Below, piece by piece: positions 36,728 to 51,440 of a stretch of 64,000 nt of DNA (positions are counted from its first letter, which is position 1; the number at the start of each line of letters is the position of its first letter). The notes below the pieces were generated by a model, which saw only the letters and a program-made list of their open reading frames with translations, was not told the origin of the DNA and ran no database searches. The translations under genes and the position numbers were made by a program. Origin of the DNA: Phoronis australis (lineage: Eukaryota > Animalia > Phoronida); assembly GCA_002633005.1 (NCBI GenBank), contig NMRA01000062.1, forward strand, positions 419,981-483,980, written 5' to 3'.

Positions 36728-38779
36728 GGTTGGCGTTTATTATTGTGGGCTCTGTTTCAAAATGATTTATTCTCGACCTAACCAATGCTTATATAAAACT
36801 GAAACAAAGATGCAATAAACTAAATGACCAGGCACCTTCATACCGTGAATAATACACTTACAAGGAAGTCACGCGTTTCTAAAGATATCCGGGAATTTTC
36901 ACCGCTCGTCCTTCTGAGCGGCTTGTACCAGGATCAAAGAAAGCGCGGCGCCGGAATCAGGTAGAGTTGTGATGACCGCATTGCCCGATGCGAGCGAGAC
37001 CCAATTAAATGTAATTATCCGACCATAAACTGTATTAAACATCTCTGACTGTACATAATGACGAATTTTCAAAATGCATAAACCAATCATCTTCGTTATA
37101 ATTGAACACTACTGCGGTATTCAGCTGGAAAAAACAACCAAGTATGGTTTTCGATTTTTCAGTAAAAATCGATGAACTAATAATCGAAAAACTACAACAA
37201 TTAGGTACGATTGAAGATAAATTACCGTGCGTATTGATATACTCGGTGGATTTTCAAACGCTGATCAGAGTTAACAATATCACATGGATTCATTTTTTTA
37301 ATATTCTTTTAATCTCGTTTAACCAGATTTTTGACCAGGAAACAGTTGTTGTGCCCACTTTTCATTTTTTATTACTGACAAAGAGCTAGAATAGTTATAT
37401 AGTCAGTGCCACCGAAATTGTCCAGATATTCCAAATCTTCAGTTTGGTTATCAACATATTTGCACTTTTGTATATATTTTATGATTTACACGTGAAATGT
37501 TTAGTGCACCTGTAATGTGGTAAGTTAAGGGATTGGCTCACAATGAACTCAACTAATTAAGTTTAGCTGTTATGGTACTTCAAGTTCAAAACTTAGATGA
37601 AAATTTATCAACCCGTTCCCGGTAAGAAAAAAAAACAAGTAGGCAGAAGCATTAAAAATTAAATAAAGAAAACCAATATGAAACTTATCGTTCCTTTGGG
37701 AATTGGCCCTTCGTGAAGATAAACACAAGTTAACCTTTTTATAGTCATTTTGTAATATTTATAATGTACCAAGTTAAAACTACTCTCCAGAGTTGCAGGC
37801 TATAACTCTGCAAATGTCAGAGAAAACCAAAATGGGGGTACTAACAACAACCATTGTTGAGACAGTAATGCTAGCTATTACCTTTCCATTTCAGTAGCTC
37901 AGATCTACATCAATACAAAGGGCGTGCTGAATAGGCATAGTAAAAGTTGTTTGGGGCTTAGAGTATCAGAACGGACACCAGTGCAAGCGAAACATTCTCC
38001 ACATGTTGGCCGTGTGAGCGCATGCTAATTCAGTGTTTGCTGACAAAAAGGTGTTGTGAAACAATATCTCGATTGTATATCCTATGGTCAGATGTTAGGG
38101 GAATCTTTATTTAGATATTCATATACATTATTCGAATTATTGTTACTGTGCAACTTTTGCCCTGACGGTTTTGCTGTGGAAGGGTAACCTGACTTCGCGG
38201 CCCCGACGAGCTAGTAAGTAGATTTGCAGTTTTGCGTCAAAATTCACCAAAAATCACGTGCACATTATTTCTTTGGCTCACTAGTATAATCTATTCGTGA
38301 TTGGAAGTTTAGTTTCTAAAAAGTTGGCTGGTCTATGTTCATGATGTATTCAGGCCGGCCGCGATGGACCTGGTCGGGTTCCGAGCCACTGGCCGGGATA
38401 ACAAGCGTTTTTATGTGTTAAGAACTGAAAAAAAAAATCGCAAGTCTAATGTTACAACACACAGGTATGTTCTCCTGTCTGTATTTCACGGACGAATAAT
38501 TCGAATTTATCACCGAACATTGCCCAAAACGATGAATTCAACCGATAAGCTGACACCAGTAAGCGTGTTGTGAACTGCTGAACAGACTGCGTTCGAACCT
38601 CTGACGTCATTGGTTAATTTGAACACCTCCGTCTGCCGTCATGTGTCAGGTAAAAGAACCGTACTTGCTGTTATCGTATCGAGTGGAACTGTTCGATGTA
38701 AATTGATACAAAATAGGTTGTATTTTGGGTGGCATTCTCCTTTAAAGTATTCAACGCAAGTAGTAGCAAACTTTCTTTT

Positions 38780-39660
38780 CAGAGAATTTCTTAATGATAG
38801 AATAAAAGTCAGCAGAATCCAGAATTTCATTTTCTACACGCATGAGCGAGTACCATTTTAAACGCTGTTACGCAGTCGTGCAGTGGAAGTGCTTTTTCAC
38901 AAGTTTCAGCCTTGAAAATGAATGTTCTCTCACACAAAAGCATGCAATTTCAATGTTTTGAAATACTGATTATTTTAAGTTGTTCGGAAATTAAATTTGT
39001 GTACAAGCCAGAAAGAGGATCACCACTGTCACCATGCTTTGACCTGGTCGCAAGGTGTTCACACTTCTTATTGAGCTCCTCAGAATTGAGTGTTTTCAAT
39101 TCACTGATCACGGAAAACAAATTTCCCATTGATAAATGTACTTCTGAACATTTTGCCAATTCAGAGATCACAGAGTCCACAAGAAGAATGGATGCTTTTA
39201 TTTTGAACTTTTCGCTTTCACTGAGAAGTAGATCCAATTTTCTGATCCGTCTTGCCTCGTAAGATTTACGATTCGCTTTCGTTGCCGCTTGGTCACATTG
39301 CTGTAATCGAAGTCGGTGCACCCGTTTTTTGCCTTCAATTCGTAGTCATTGAATTTATCTTCGATTTGCTGCAAAATTCTTTTCAGAGGCTAAAGGGGAC
39401 TCATGGCAACAGGAATGTTAACGCCTCCTAGCTATTGATTGATAACTTTGTTTGTTTTTTTCAACATTTCAAGAATATCAGTCCAAAGGATCATATAAAA
39501 CTTCGAACAGCATCACGGTTTGATGACCACCTCGCGTCAGACAAAACTTTGACCTTAAGGTTATTCTCTAAATATGAGGCCAGAATATCCCAGCGGTATG
39601 TAGAAGCAGAAAACATTTAACATTCTCAAGACAACACTCTGCTGCTTTCACTCCCACCAT
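38780..39660 (-). mobile_element. Decayed hAT (ZMYM1/PRKRIR-like) transposase
   Basis: Minus-strand frames give FSASTYRWDIL, VKVLSDARWSS and an ER..FSRLKLVK dimerisation motif; frameshifted. Confidence 0.65.
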
Positions 39661-41339
39661 AGATTATAGACAACAGATTCGTAGCTCCGACATTTTATTG
39701 CGTAATATCCCAACGGAGGCGCCACCCTCTAAACATGGCAAACTCAGTTTCCGGTTAGTGTATTGTGACGGGAAATTCTTGCATCTATTTTACTGTCCAG
39801 TACAAGGAAAAAACAATTTCGGCATTGAAACGCTGGTCAAAGTCTTCCAATAGTAGAACTCTTGTTATCGTGAGTACTTTAGGCACCCGATCAAACAACA
39901 GTCGACCATGATTAGCAGACGACGTACTTGCCGGAAGTAAAACGTACTATGTCTGGCGGGTGTCGCTAGTTAATAGTTACGTGACTGCTTATGGGTAAGA
40001 TCACGGATTTCGTTTACTGAAAATATACGAAGTTGGCAGCCCATGTGCTATCATCTACGCTCCCACAAAGTTTAGACTGTGACAGGCACGTACAAGAGTC
40101 TTAGATAGCGAATTCATTTATTTGGCGAATCCGAGCTTGTAGTCTCGTATAGCGTGCAGACATAATCGAAGCTCTGTTAGACGGTTGATCTCGTGCGAGA
40201 CGTCTGGAAAGGAATCTGTACACTTACCAAATAATAGTTTTAGTTCTTCTATTTCTTTTCGAACAAGAAAGAGAACTCGTTTCCTGATTAATTCAATAAA
40301 CTCGTCACAAATACTATTTGTTACCCTTTCCAGGATTTCCGCACATTTCCTGCCTACTAGGTAGGTGCCGCACATTCAAAATCCAGACCTATGCAATACC
40401 AGGGTGATCTGGAAATGTGGATACCCGAGAAAATACCAGATGGTGAAATCTCTCATTTCTTTTGATTCCCCATCCAAAGTGATATCAAGAAGTCGAAATA
40501 TTTAGCAGAGACAATAAATGACAGGGCGAAATACCCACACGAGTTGGTGGAATGCCCCTCACCAACCCCTCTCATAGGAGATCCCCGGTGTTTACAGCGT
40601 TAGAAATCTAAGGATGAATTTATTTGAGTAATCGTTTTGAACGTGCTGTCAGTGATTCAGTTCATGAAATCACAGTTCTTTCTAAAAATAGGATGCCAGC
40701 TTTGCAATTCTTACATATACAACTGATCGATAAACAATCCACATCAACCAAACATAACATTATACTATTAGGTACATTATCCACAATGTACCCGGTAATC
40801 CCCAAGTTTTAGTCAGCAACGAATCAATCAATCTTTGATAAACAGAGATATCTTGGTTATGTAACTGTCTGTCATCACTTGGAAAACACACATTGTAACT
40901 AAACGTTTTACCCAAAGAAAGACAGATCAAATTATGACCCTAACTTTGCACACAGAGCACTTGCCAAAATATACATACTGTGAAGCACAGTTTCATTTTG
41001 GTTGATAAATGCTTCTCACAACTCAATGATATAAGAATAATGTGGCGCGTGTACACTCAACCACCATAAGCATCACATACACCACAGATCAGTATTCAAA
41101 ACATTCCCACTGAACAGAACAATGGTAGTTTACAAAATAATATCCTTTAGAGGGTGCAAAACAAGTCAGAAATGCTCTTCTCAGTTTTAACACACCTGCG
41201 ACCTTTCACCATTACTTCGAAATTTTAGGAGGATAGGGAGGGGAGACACAAGACAAATGACACAAAAACAATAGTAACGGCACTAGTATGTGGAACGTTG
41301 GTCAAATACATCCGATACAGAGCAAGTGCCGATGTCTAG

Positions 41340-41925
41340 GTGACAGTATCTTATTTGCCAACGTGCATCTCGTAAAAATCTGGAGGCGTATTGTTTTGGG
41401 GCAAAATCGTTCCAAAGTTGGCGCTCTGACGGCCATTTTTCAAGTTCTCGCTTAGCGGAGCTGTAGCTCTGCCTTTCTACTGATTTGGTATGATCTCAAG
41501 CACTAAAGAAATTGTAATATTCGTTTCTCGCTGTAACTTAATGTTCTTTACAACAACACTTCTTTTATTTTTTGACTTCTCATGCACTAACTTGGTGTCT
41601 TTTGACCTATCGGCACTAGGAGTAAGAAATAAAAGAAGTCCAGACCTCTTAAAATCTCAGATAACAAAAACCCGATACAGATAGCCCTTGACAAGATCTA
41701 TCCTTCACCAAGTTTCAGAAGAATCGGAAGAAAGACAGCAGAGCGAGGCGAAAATTCGGAAAATGGCCGCCACAGCGCCACTTTTGAACCGACTTTGGCT
41801 CAAAGCAGAAGACCTCGAGATTTTAGCGAGATGCACGTTATTTGTGAATTTCATGTAAATCTGATGAAAAATGCAACCTGTAGCGTACGTACAAGCAATG
41901 AAGCAAAAAAAAAAATGACGACGAC
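41340..41925 (+). repeat. Interspersed repeat; related copy at ~52150-52320
   Basis: AAAATGGCC.CCACAG, CACGTTAT.TGT.AATTTCATG, TGTAGC and A-tract-TGACGAC are shared with 52165-52320. Confidence 0.5.
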
Positions 41926-43545
41926 GCAACATATTTCACTTTATCAAGTAACAGTCAATCTTTATGGACAAATAAGACAATTGGCTTTCGTCAGGTAACA
42001 AAAATACAACTGCACGTGCATTCAGTACTTCTAGACGTAATAATCGAGTCTGTATCAGTCGCAAGATTCTTGACTACATTCCACGAGCCAAACAGTTGAG
42101 AAGATACTAAAGATACTAACGCTCTTCTGTATTCGGATCATAGCTTCCCATGTTACTCAAATACTTCGCGAAGAGGCGCAGCGGCGCCTAATTTCGGTTA
42201 TAGGGAGAGCTTCAACTGTAGCCGCATGGACATGAGTACGCGGATGTTATTGGCATTCCAGGTTGATTAGATTCAACCGGAACTTTTAAATAATACGCTT
42301 CCATGTACTGTTCTCCAAAATACTGTAATTATTTTTAAAATTTCCCACTTTGGCATGAGAGCATTTTTTGAAAACAACGAGGAAAACGAAAGGACGATTC
42401 AGAAAATTGTAACAGTGTTTTTGATATTTTATTTAAAAAAATGTGGTCATGTTATTGATATCAAATATTTGCTATGAATGTATCTTTCTTTTCATTAAAT
42501 TTTAATAAGACATGTCGGTGTCGGATTACGGTTTCTAGAACTTTCCAAGCTACGGAAAGTCTGGTGGCCCTAATCATTTTATAATGATAATTATTATTAT
42601 AATGTTTCCATTTCGCCACGATTCCCAGCTGCTCCACGGTAACACAACATTTAAGAAGGTCCTGAGACGATGAGACCGATCATTGAAAATTGCCAGGAAA
42701 CTAATGAATTACTGTTCCTCACTAAATGACATTTTGGCAAACCTCTTTTCTTCGAAGCAGTACCGAAAACACCCGAAAACACCCGACAACGTGTCTCGAG
42801 TTGCCCAATGGCCAAACTGCAGAGATTTATGGGTAACATTCAATTGTTTCAATGGTACGGCTTACGCGATTTTATCTATGACGTTCTTTCATATTTAATA
42901 GACAGTTAATTGAAAATGCATTATGTCGAAAATACCCCATGCCTAGCGAATTTCCGTGTGTCCAGCTTTCCAAGGAAAGACGACCTTTTGAACGAAAAGG
43001 CATCCGGTCGTTCATCACTATGTCCAAGCATATATACTAGTTATTGATGAACAAAATATGCAAGTTGTCATATTCCGACTTTCCTGACTTACTCGTGCAG
43101 TGACTGATACCGCTGTTCACTTGACATAAAATCAATAATTATTCAAAATAGATGTTTTCTAGCTGCGTCATCTGATGGTGTGACGCCCAAAATAAAAACA
43201 AACAATCTTGTTTTTGTACCTCTACTCAACTGCTTGAAGCAACTTTCGTCCTATATTGGCGTGATGCCAGAGTTGACGTAGTATCGTCCACTGTCTCCTG
43301 ATTGGCTGAAATGAGGTACAGTAAAGGCCGATGGCAGCATAAATCTCCCTCGGTCCATCATAACACCATCGGGATAGGTCCATATTTGCTAAAGAAGGAA
43401 GTTGTATAAAACTTCAGTTTGCTTGAGAGAAAACCAAAAATTGAAACAAAAGTAAGTTTGAAAATTAAAGTGACAGTTCAATAAAATCTTGATAGCAAAG
43501 TCATGTTAGAAGCAAAGACTACATATCACAATAACCCAACACTAT

Positions 43546-46500
43546 TAGTCCGGGAGCCAGGAGGTTGAACCTGGTTTTGCCTGATATTTTTTTTTCTTCG
43601 CAGTTTCATGTAGCCTAGGGTTAAGTAACCATGATTTAAGGGGGTGACCGTTCGCAACCCTTGAGCATTTTTTTAAATATGCAAATTAAGGTCGCCATTA
43701 TGTAAAATTCTATTTTTGCTTATAATTTCCTTAACAAGCAATGCAGCCCGATAATTTTGACGTTTTTACTCATGTTTCCATGGTCAAAGAATTTAATAGT
43801 GCAAGTTTTTTGGTGAATAGATTGTCAATTTGCATAATTTATGCAAATTAAGGCCGCCATTATTCAAAATTCTTCTTGTGCTTAGCTCATTGTACCAGGC
43901 ACCACAGATGAACTATTATGACATTTGCACCTGTATTCTTTTGGTCAACTAGTTTAATGAAATCGCTTTGCGTGTTGTTGTATGATAAATTTGCATAATT
44001 AATGTAATTTGCAGAACTAATGCAAATTAAGGGCGCCATTATTCAAAATTTTACTTCTGTATATAGCTACTTGTGCTTATAGCCGCGGTACCAAGCACCA
44101 CAGGTAAACTCTTATGATATTTGAACCTATGTCCTTATGGTCAATTAGGTTAATGAAATCAGTTTGCAAGTTGCACAATTAATCATAATTTATGCATATC
44201 AAGGCAGCAATTGTCAAAAATTATGTTTCTGCTCGTAACTTTCTTACGGGGGGCACCACATGTAAATTGTTTTGGTATTTTTACTGATGAATTAAATGTA
44301 ATCAGTTATTACATCATAAATATAAATAATCTGTAATTTATAACACTCTATTACAAATTCTAGTTTTGTCTGATACCCAGGGTATATGCAGTAATAGATG
44401 ACCAAATTGTTTAATTGCATAAACCCAGGACAATAACCTATCGAATGGAAACCAGTCACAAGACGTTTTAAATGCCAATTCAACACTCGGAACTTGAACA
44501 CACTACAGTATAACGTGCCCAACATATTGTGCGGGGTGGAAAATTGACTCTGTAATTGTATCTACTTGAACGTCATGAAATCTTTCCTTTACAGTCATAC
44601 CTAATCATCACTAGTGTGCAATAGGAGCAAGTTGGACACCATGCAGAATTATAGATGGTGAGAGTCTGATTTGTTTATGGCATCTTTCTTCCATCCATAG
44701 TCTTCTGGATCTAGAGCTGATGACAATCCACTACATGACTGACTGGTAATGGGCTCTGTTTACGTTTACATTCGCTTTGAATGCCTCTGTTATCGGTGAC
44801 AGTTTGGGGGCGGACATATATTTCTTGTCATTTCTCTTCTCCATACCAGTAGTCTGGTTCCTGACATCTTCCTTATTCTCTTCATTCCAAAACAGGCACA
44901 CATACATTTAGTGGCCTGTTTCATGACATCAGAAAAATGTGCATTAAAAGTATCGATGGGAGATAGGTCATGTCCAGCCTTCAATATTTTAACGATGGAT
45001 CCCTTTCCAACTCCATAGTAGCATGCCAACGTTTTACACCCCAACAGTGCATGGGCAGGGAGGAGACCTTCACAATATCGCTACATGTTTTCACTGTTAA
45101 CTTTATGTGTTCGACTGTTCTACGCTTACTACGTGATTTCATGGTTGTGGTATTTGAAGCTGTTCCTTGTCTTAGTAATGCACACGAAGGACAAATACAT
45201 TTTTGTCATCCGAAACAACCTAAAATTTGTTTAGTTCATATGCACATTTCACGTCCTGTTAGACAATAATGGAGCTAGCTTCTTCATGGGATGTCTCGAT
45301 CTCCAATGTCCTTGTACTATGTTAAGAGACAAGGATCTTCATCAGTGATTGCCTTCTTGTGTTCCTAACGTACTGGCAGCCTCGAAGTCTGATAACATTA
45401 TTTTCCCCGTGCTTATTGTTCCATGTACGTTAACTGTTGAAGTGGCAATCCTTTCATGCTAATGTTCACCACTGCGTCTTTGGGATGGACATTAGGATCT
45501 AATAGATCGATGCTGGTATCTACTTTTGACAGATCCGTGCAATATCCTGGCCTTGTGCATCAAGACGTGTCTTACTTTCTTCTGTGTGATAAGTTTTAGT
45601 ACAGAATCTAATGTTACAGCTCTCCATCTCTCCAAGATCTGTTTCAATCTTCTAGGACAAATGACAACTTCGTGCCCAAAGCTTAAGATTCTCTTCTTTG
45701 ATGGCAATTCGCTACTATTCCCTCACTACTGTATTCGTACCTCATCAATGTGGTCCCTATAAACTGATCGCTTCGAGCCCCATTCCAGCATTCACCCGAG
45801 TCATTAAACTAATTTGCGCTCTTTCTATGGTCTGTGAGAGCGCAGGGCTATAGGCAATATCTTTTTGGAATTTAAGGTGTCAAATTGCAGATCACACACT
45901 ACACAAAATATTTTCTTACTTCATAAAAACGGACATTCTGCAAACAGATTTTACTAAATTCATTTGCCACTGAATATGGGTGCAAATATTTATAACTAAG
46001 CTCTGGTGTCTGATGCAGCAATTATAAGCACAAGTAGAATTTTGAATATGGCAGCTGTAATTTGCGGAAATTATCAAAAACAGGAGGTAAATTCGAAAAT
46101 AATCTACACGTAACGCCGTAAGGAAACTAAGAGCAGAAACAGTATTTGGAATAGTTGTGTCCATTATTTGCATACAATATGAAAATTCATCATGCAACAA
46201 CTTGCAAACTGATTTCACAGAAACATGGGTAAAGACGATAAAATAGTTAATTTGGGGTGCCTGGTACATCAGCTACAAACAAAAGTAGAATTTTGAATAA
46301 TGGCTGTCTTAATTTGCATATATTATGCACATATTAAGCAAATTCACGATGTATCCACCAGCAAACGAGGTCCATCAAATTCACTGACCATGGAAGCATG
46401 GGTAAAAACATTAAAGTAACCTGTCTGCAGTGCTTGGTAAGGGAGCTTTAAGCAACAAATAATTTTGAATATTGGTGGCCTTAATTTGCATTAATTATGC

Positions 46501-47098
46501 AAATTTATCATGCAACAACATGCAAACTGATTTCATTGAACTAATTGACCATAAAAACATAGGTGCAAATATGATAATTCACCTGTGATGATTGGTACCA
46601 TAGAACAAGTAAAATTTTGAATAATGGCGGCCTTAATTTGCATAAATTATGCAAATTGACGATGTATCCACCCAAAAACTTTCATTATTAAATTCATTGA
46701 CCATGGAAACATGGATGAAAGCATCAAAATAACCTGCCTGCATTGCGTGGTAAGGAAATTATTAGCAAAAATAGAATTTTGCATAATGGCGGTCTTAATT
46801 TGCATAAATTATGCAAATTGACAATGTATTCACCTAAAAAACATGCACTATTAAATTTTTTGACCATGGAAACATGGATAAAACGTCAAAATTATCTGGC
46901 TACAGTACTTGGTAAGGAAATTATAAGCAAAAATAGCATTTTGCATAATGGCGATCTTAATTTGCATATTTTAAAAAATGCTATTGGTCACCCCCTAAAT
47001 CATGATTAACTATGCCTAGGCTACATGAAACAGGAAAGAAAAAAACTTTATCCGGCAAATCCAGATTAAGTAAAAAACAGCATTTGGCTCCCAGACTA
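43546..47098 (-). mobile_element. Decayed Academ (AcademX-like) DNA transposon
   Basis: Termini TAGTC.GGGAGCCA / TGGCTCCCAGACTA flanked by a 3-bp TSD TAT (43543-43545 and 47099-47101). Long TIR arms are built from ~150-180-bp subrepeats. The internal minus-strand relic has an XPG/FEN1 H3TH-like GCKTLACYYGVGKGSIVK and LDPEDYGW. Confidence 0.8.
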
Positions 47099-47636
47099 TA
47101 TCACTGATCACTGCTTGCGAGGTTACCAGGCTCAAAATTGTAATTTAACAAAATTATTAATGTTTTGAATAAAAAATATTCTCTTTGGACTTGCCATATG
47201 ATAACGAGGTAAATGAACATGTCTCTTCAGGTCGTTAAAATGATACAAAGCATTGTTTTGATGATTTCAACCAATCCTCGTTGGTTCAACGCAGACGGAT
47301 AGCTGGGATGTCTGCTTCAAGTGAACTATACCTGTGAGATGACAGCTTACGCCAACTGAAAGTGTAAAAATATGGATTGGATAAACTAAGCTAGCGACCT
47401 ACGACATACTTGAGACAGGTAGCTCAGCTCGTACCTATTCGTTTGCGCTGGCTCTAAGGTCAAGATTCGTTTTATTATGATCCAGTTTGAGGAAAGTTCA
47501 TTTTATTAGGGTCATGTTTTAAAGATATATTTTGAAAAGGTGAGATTTTTGTGCCCATTGTACACTGCCTTTAGGGCTGTTTCAAAATCCCAAACACAGG
47601 TACCCCAGTTTCTGGTGGCTGGGGACAAATGATACA

Positions 47637-48206
47637 CAGGGTGTCCAAAAATGTACTCAGACTTCAAATACTCCGAGATCCGTCAGGACTTTCCTGAAGT
47701 TAATGAACACTGCGTTTAATTTGATTCAAATACTTAAATCCTCTTTGATGTACTATTTATGAAATTAAAGGTACTCTTTCTACATCATATTAGTTAAAAA
47801 CGTAATAGAACGCAATGTAACGCAACTTAACTAAATCGAAATAAAAACACAAATAATGCTCATTCAATACAGCTCCAAATATGTACAAACTTAACTAGTG
47901 AATTTAATATGAAATTCTTATTTTCATGTTAATTTTTTAAGGTTGCACCACCACCTAAAATGGCCGCCGTACTGAGTGACAGTTTTATGGGTACTCTCTA
48001 ATCTACCACCATATGTTATGAGTGAACGAAAAGTAAGCAAAACACAAGGTAGGCTGAAAGTTATGAAAGATGTATTTTAGTTATATCGTTCAACTGACGA
48101 AACTGATCCTGTGTTTCAAATTTTTGAACCTCTAATCTTGTTCCCAAGTCAATAAACAAAGCATTTATTGTCATTGAAACCGTGAGTACATTTTTAGGAT
48201 ACCCTA
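47637..48206. mobile_element. Tc1/mariner-like MITE (~570 bp)
   Basis: TIRs CAGGGTGTCCAAAAATGTACTCA / TGAGTACATTTTTAGGATACCCT. The copy at 19239 is preceded by TA; the TSD is decayed here. Confidence 0.7.
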
Positions 48207-48502
48207 TCGAGCAGTCCGAATTTCATCTACATCTTTGACTATTACAAATAAAAAATTTGATATACAATTTCAAAAAAGAAACGGAAAAGGAAACGAAAGA
48301 TGACTCCATTATACCTTAGCAGAGAGATGCTGGAGAAATATAGTTTGTAATTCCTAAAATCGTCTTCTTGAATTTAAAAATCCAGGGAATAAGTAATATG
48401 CTGTGCAAAAACAAATTTTCTCTACATTTTCGCATTACGTGTGTGAATGATTAATTTTCAAGTGCGTTTAGACGACCTATTCTGCAAAAATGGGGACTTC
48501 CT

Positions 48503-48665
48503 AGGGGCGGATCCAGGATTTTGATTTGGGGGGGGGGGCGCCAGGGAAGAGCATTAGACAGGATTTTGCCAATCAGACATTCGCAACCCGAACTGCAAAA
48601 TGGACTCTGGGAGAAATTTAGGGGGGCCACGACCCCCTTGCCCCCCTCCCCTAAATCTGCCACTG
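48503..48665 (+). mobile_element. MITE (AGGGGCGGATCCAGG...CCTAAATCTGCCACTG)
   Basis: Imperfect TIRs; homologous to 2160-2316. Confidence 0.7.
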
Positions 48666-50984
48666 CTTCCAACAACAGCTGAATCTCCTGGCCATGGCCC
48701 TCAAAGGAAATATCAAACACCTGTAGTTGACAAATATTCTTCACTGTAAGTTCTTCTTTTCTCGACTGCCACGGTTTAACCATCACGATAGCAAGTTATT
48801 GAGGGAGTTATATGCTTCCCGACCCTCGCTTCCCACGGCCGCGCAAAGGTTTTTGTCAGTAAGCTTATTCCTTCTGATATCATTGTATTCACACATTGTT
48901 GTTCAGTCTCATGATTCTTGTGTACTACAAATAATCATCTGTTATCATGGTAAAAATCTACTGATGGCAAATCCGCTCACGCTATTTGTATACCTATTTA
49001 GCCTTATAGCCGACGCAGCTGAAAAAGATGTGTGTTTCCACAACACCAACAGCTAAAATTGGCTGAGATAACAATATAGATTTTTTGGACATTCAAGTAA
49101 AGGTTTACCCTCTGAAGCAGTACGTAAGAAAGAAACCTAATCCAGAATTTCCCGGTACAGACGAAATAATGTACATTCTGGAAAAAAAATGAAAAAAACC
49201 CAACGCTATAGAACAAATCTATAAGCCTGTACTCAACTCGAACCCCATAGCAGTGTTCCGAATACAAGGACAGTTGATATTTTTCTTGTGTTTTCTCGCA
49301 AATAGCCATGATTTGTACCCCATTTGACAGACTAAAACCATCCTATGAAAATATTGAATTACATAACAAAAAACAGCCCGTGTTGCAAAGGTTATGACAG
49401 ATTACATAGGTCGAAATAATGTGTTTCCTAATAAAATTTAAAGGTGTACTGCCTTTTATTCGAATACTAGCCTAATTGTTGGGAATTTACAGTAAGTTTT
49501 GACAAGTGCGTTGTTATTAAATGTGTTGTGTATGCTGTTTTCACAAAATTATCCATAATTTCAATCTAGCACATTCAAAGTTTGAGATCCAGGTATTTTA
49601 TTCATATTAGAGGCACATGTAACAATCTCTCTATCTGTAAGTGAACTTATACTCAAGGACAGCACAGTTACCAAAGCTCGAAAAATAAAATCCTAAAAAC
49701 GAAAAACAATAGTATTGTGTTCATTAATAAATCAGGAATTCTTATATGAAAACCATGTTTAAGAACGATAGAACAGGAGTTTGAAAATAGTAATAGCAAT
49801 TTGAATATTTATCTTAGAGTCAAATTATTTAATACCTTTTCTAAAAAATTCAACCATTTTAACTTGAGCTATTATAGAACCTTTTTATACATTTTGAAAA
49901 GACATATAAAGCAGTGACTGTTATTACTATTAATTAAACTGTATACAATGTATGCAATAAAACAAAAGCAAGAAAATGACAGACGACATAAACTCTTTCA
50001 TCCCAGTGTAGTTCTCAAATTCTCCGCTCCTACTGATATATATGCGCGTATGCACTCAAAAAAGTCGCACTGGTTGCTGCTTGAAATCTCCATTGTTTTT
50101 GATATCAAAGATCAAAGGTAACGTTTTCCATGTAAGGGAAATGTGCTACGTCTTGCCAAGCTAAATTAGGCGAGGTGCTTTGCCGTCTGGAAGAAAAATC
50201 GACGAAGTGGGGAACAGTAGGCATAACGTTTTTTGAAATTTGAAGCTAAAGGAAAAATACTTTGACATCAATAGAAATGCAAAGTCTTTATGAACAAACC
50301 GTGACCAGTATGACTTCTGTTTAGGTGGCAGAGAACTTCTTTGAATGATACATTCAGTTTGTTTTTCTCATTCTATGAAACTTTAAAGTTTCTTGAGCAA
50401 ATAAAATAAAATATAATATAATAGGCGTGTCCGTAAAGCAAAACTTCTAAACGCCACGTATTTGAAACAGACCATGTACCGCCAATGGCACCTAAGCCGG
50501 CACTAGTCACGAGGATGACCACATTAAAAGATAATACTGAAATAACGCAGTGGTATTCGTAATTTATGTAATATCGCTTGACTATGTTGTCACGCATTAA
50601 ATTAAGCAAACAAAAACGACCCCTATTAAATCATTGAAAAGCAGTCTGGACATAAAAAAATATTTCAATTCAAAAATCACGAAAATAAGATAAAGCCTCA
50701 GGATGGATTCGAACACAGGTTGTCGACCACGGCAACGTAGTGCAAATTGGAAATCATTATTGATTTCCAGTTCAATGACACTTCTTTTGGTTACATTATA
50801 CATAAATGTTACTGTAAGTTCCTTTTTAGTCTAGTTAAATTTTACCTATCCCGGTATCTATTAGACAAACGCATACATCTTATCATGTCAATCTTTATCT
50901 TGATGTTTGATTTGCATTGTTGTATTGTCAGTTCTTTATATTTTTGGTATTTGTAATTTGTTACGCCATCTGGGCTAGGTTGCA

Positions 50985-51120
50985 CAAAACTTCAATATTA
51001 TCCGCTGGATAAGTTTGATTGTTGCATGACGTCAGGTGCATTGTTCAACAATAACAACGTGGCGCGTGAAAATGCGACGTCATTGTTGCCATGCGGCATA
51101 TAACTTTTATGCAACTGGGC
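50985..51120 (-). repeat. Interspersed repeat family A copy
   Basis: Reverse complement of 1275-1405. Confidence 0.8.
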
Positions 51121-51201
51121 CCAGTAGTATCAATGGATTGAACTTCTCGTATACATTGTGAGGGGTCTGTGTATTCGTTTAGACAAGAATATACCTTTGA
51201 A

Positions 51202-51440
51202 CCCCAGGGGTCACTCATATTGACAAGGTGGCCTCGTCAGCGAACCAAAATTGCGAATAGAGTGTACCTACTCAGCATTAACAGGATTCAACTAAAAAAG
51301 TCCCCTTAAATCCCATTTTAGCCCCGTAAAAGATTTCTACCTACCAGCAGTAAGCGAGGCTATTAATTCTCATCATTGCTCAAAATTCTTGGGTACACAT
51401 TCAGATACCACATTCTTATGTCCGGGGGTGATCCCCCAGG
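51202..51440. mobile_element. Possible MITE with CCC.GGGG.TCAC TIRs
   Basis: CCCAGGGGTCACTC ... GGGTGATCCCCCAGG form imperfect inverted ends. Confidence 0.4.

Noticed and set aside
40118-40375. 85-aa helical-looking ORF
   Set aside because: No recognisable motif or confident splice sites. It could be a decayed exon but cannot be supported.
50690-50745. B-box-like GTTCGAATC on the minus strand suggesting a tRNA
   Set aside because: No cloverleaf or A-box; at most a decayed SINE head.
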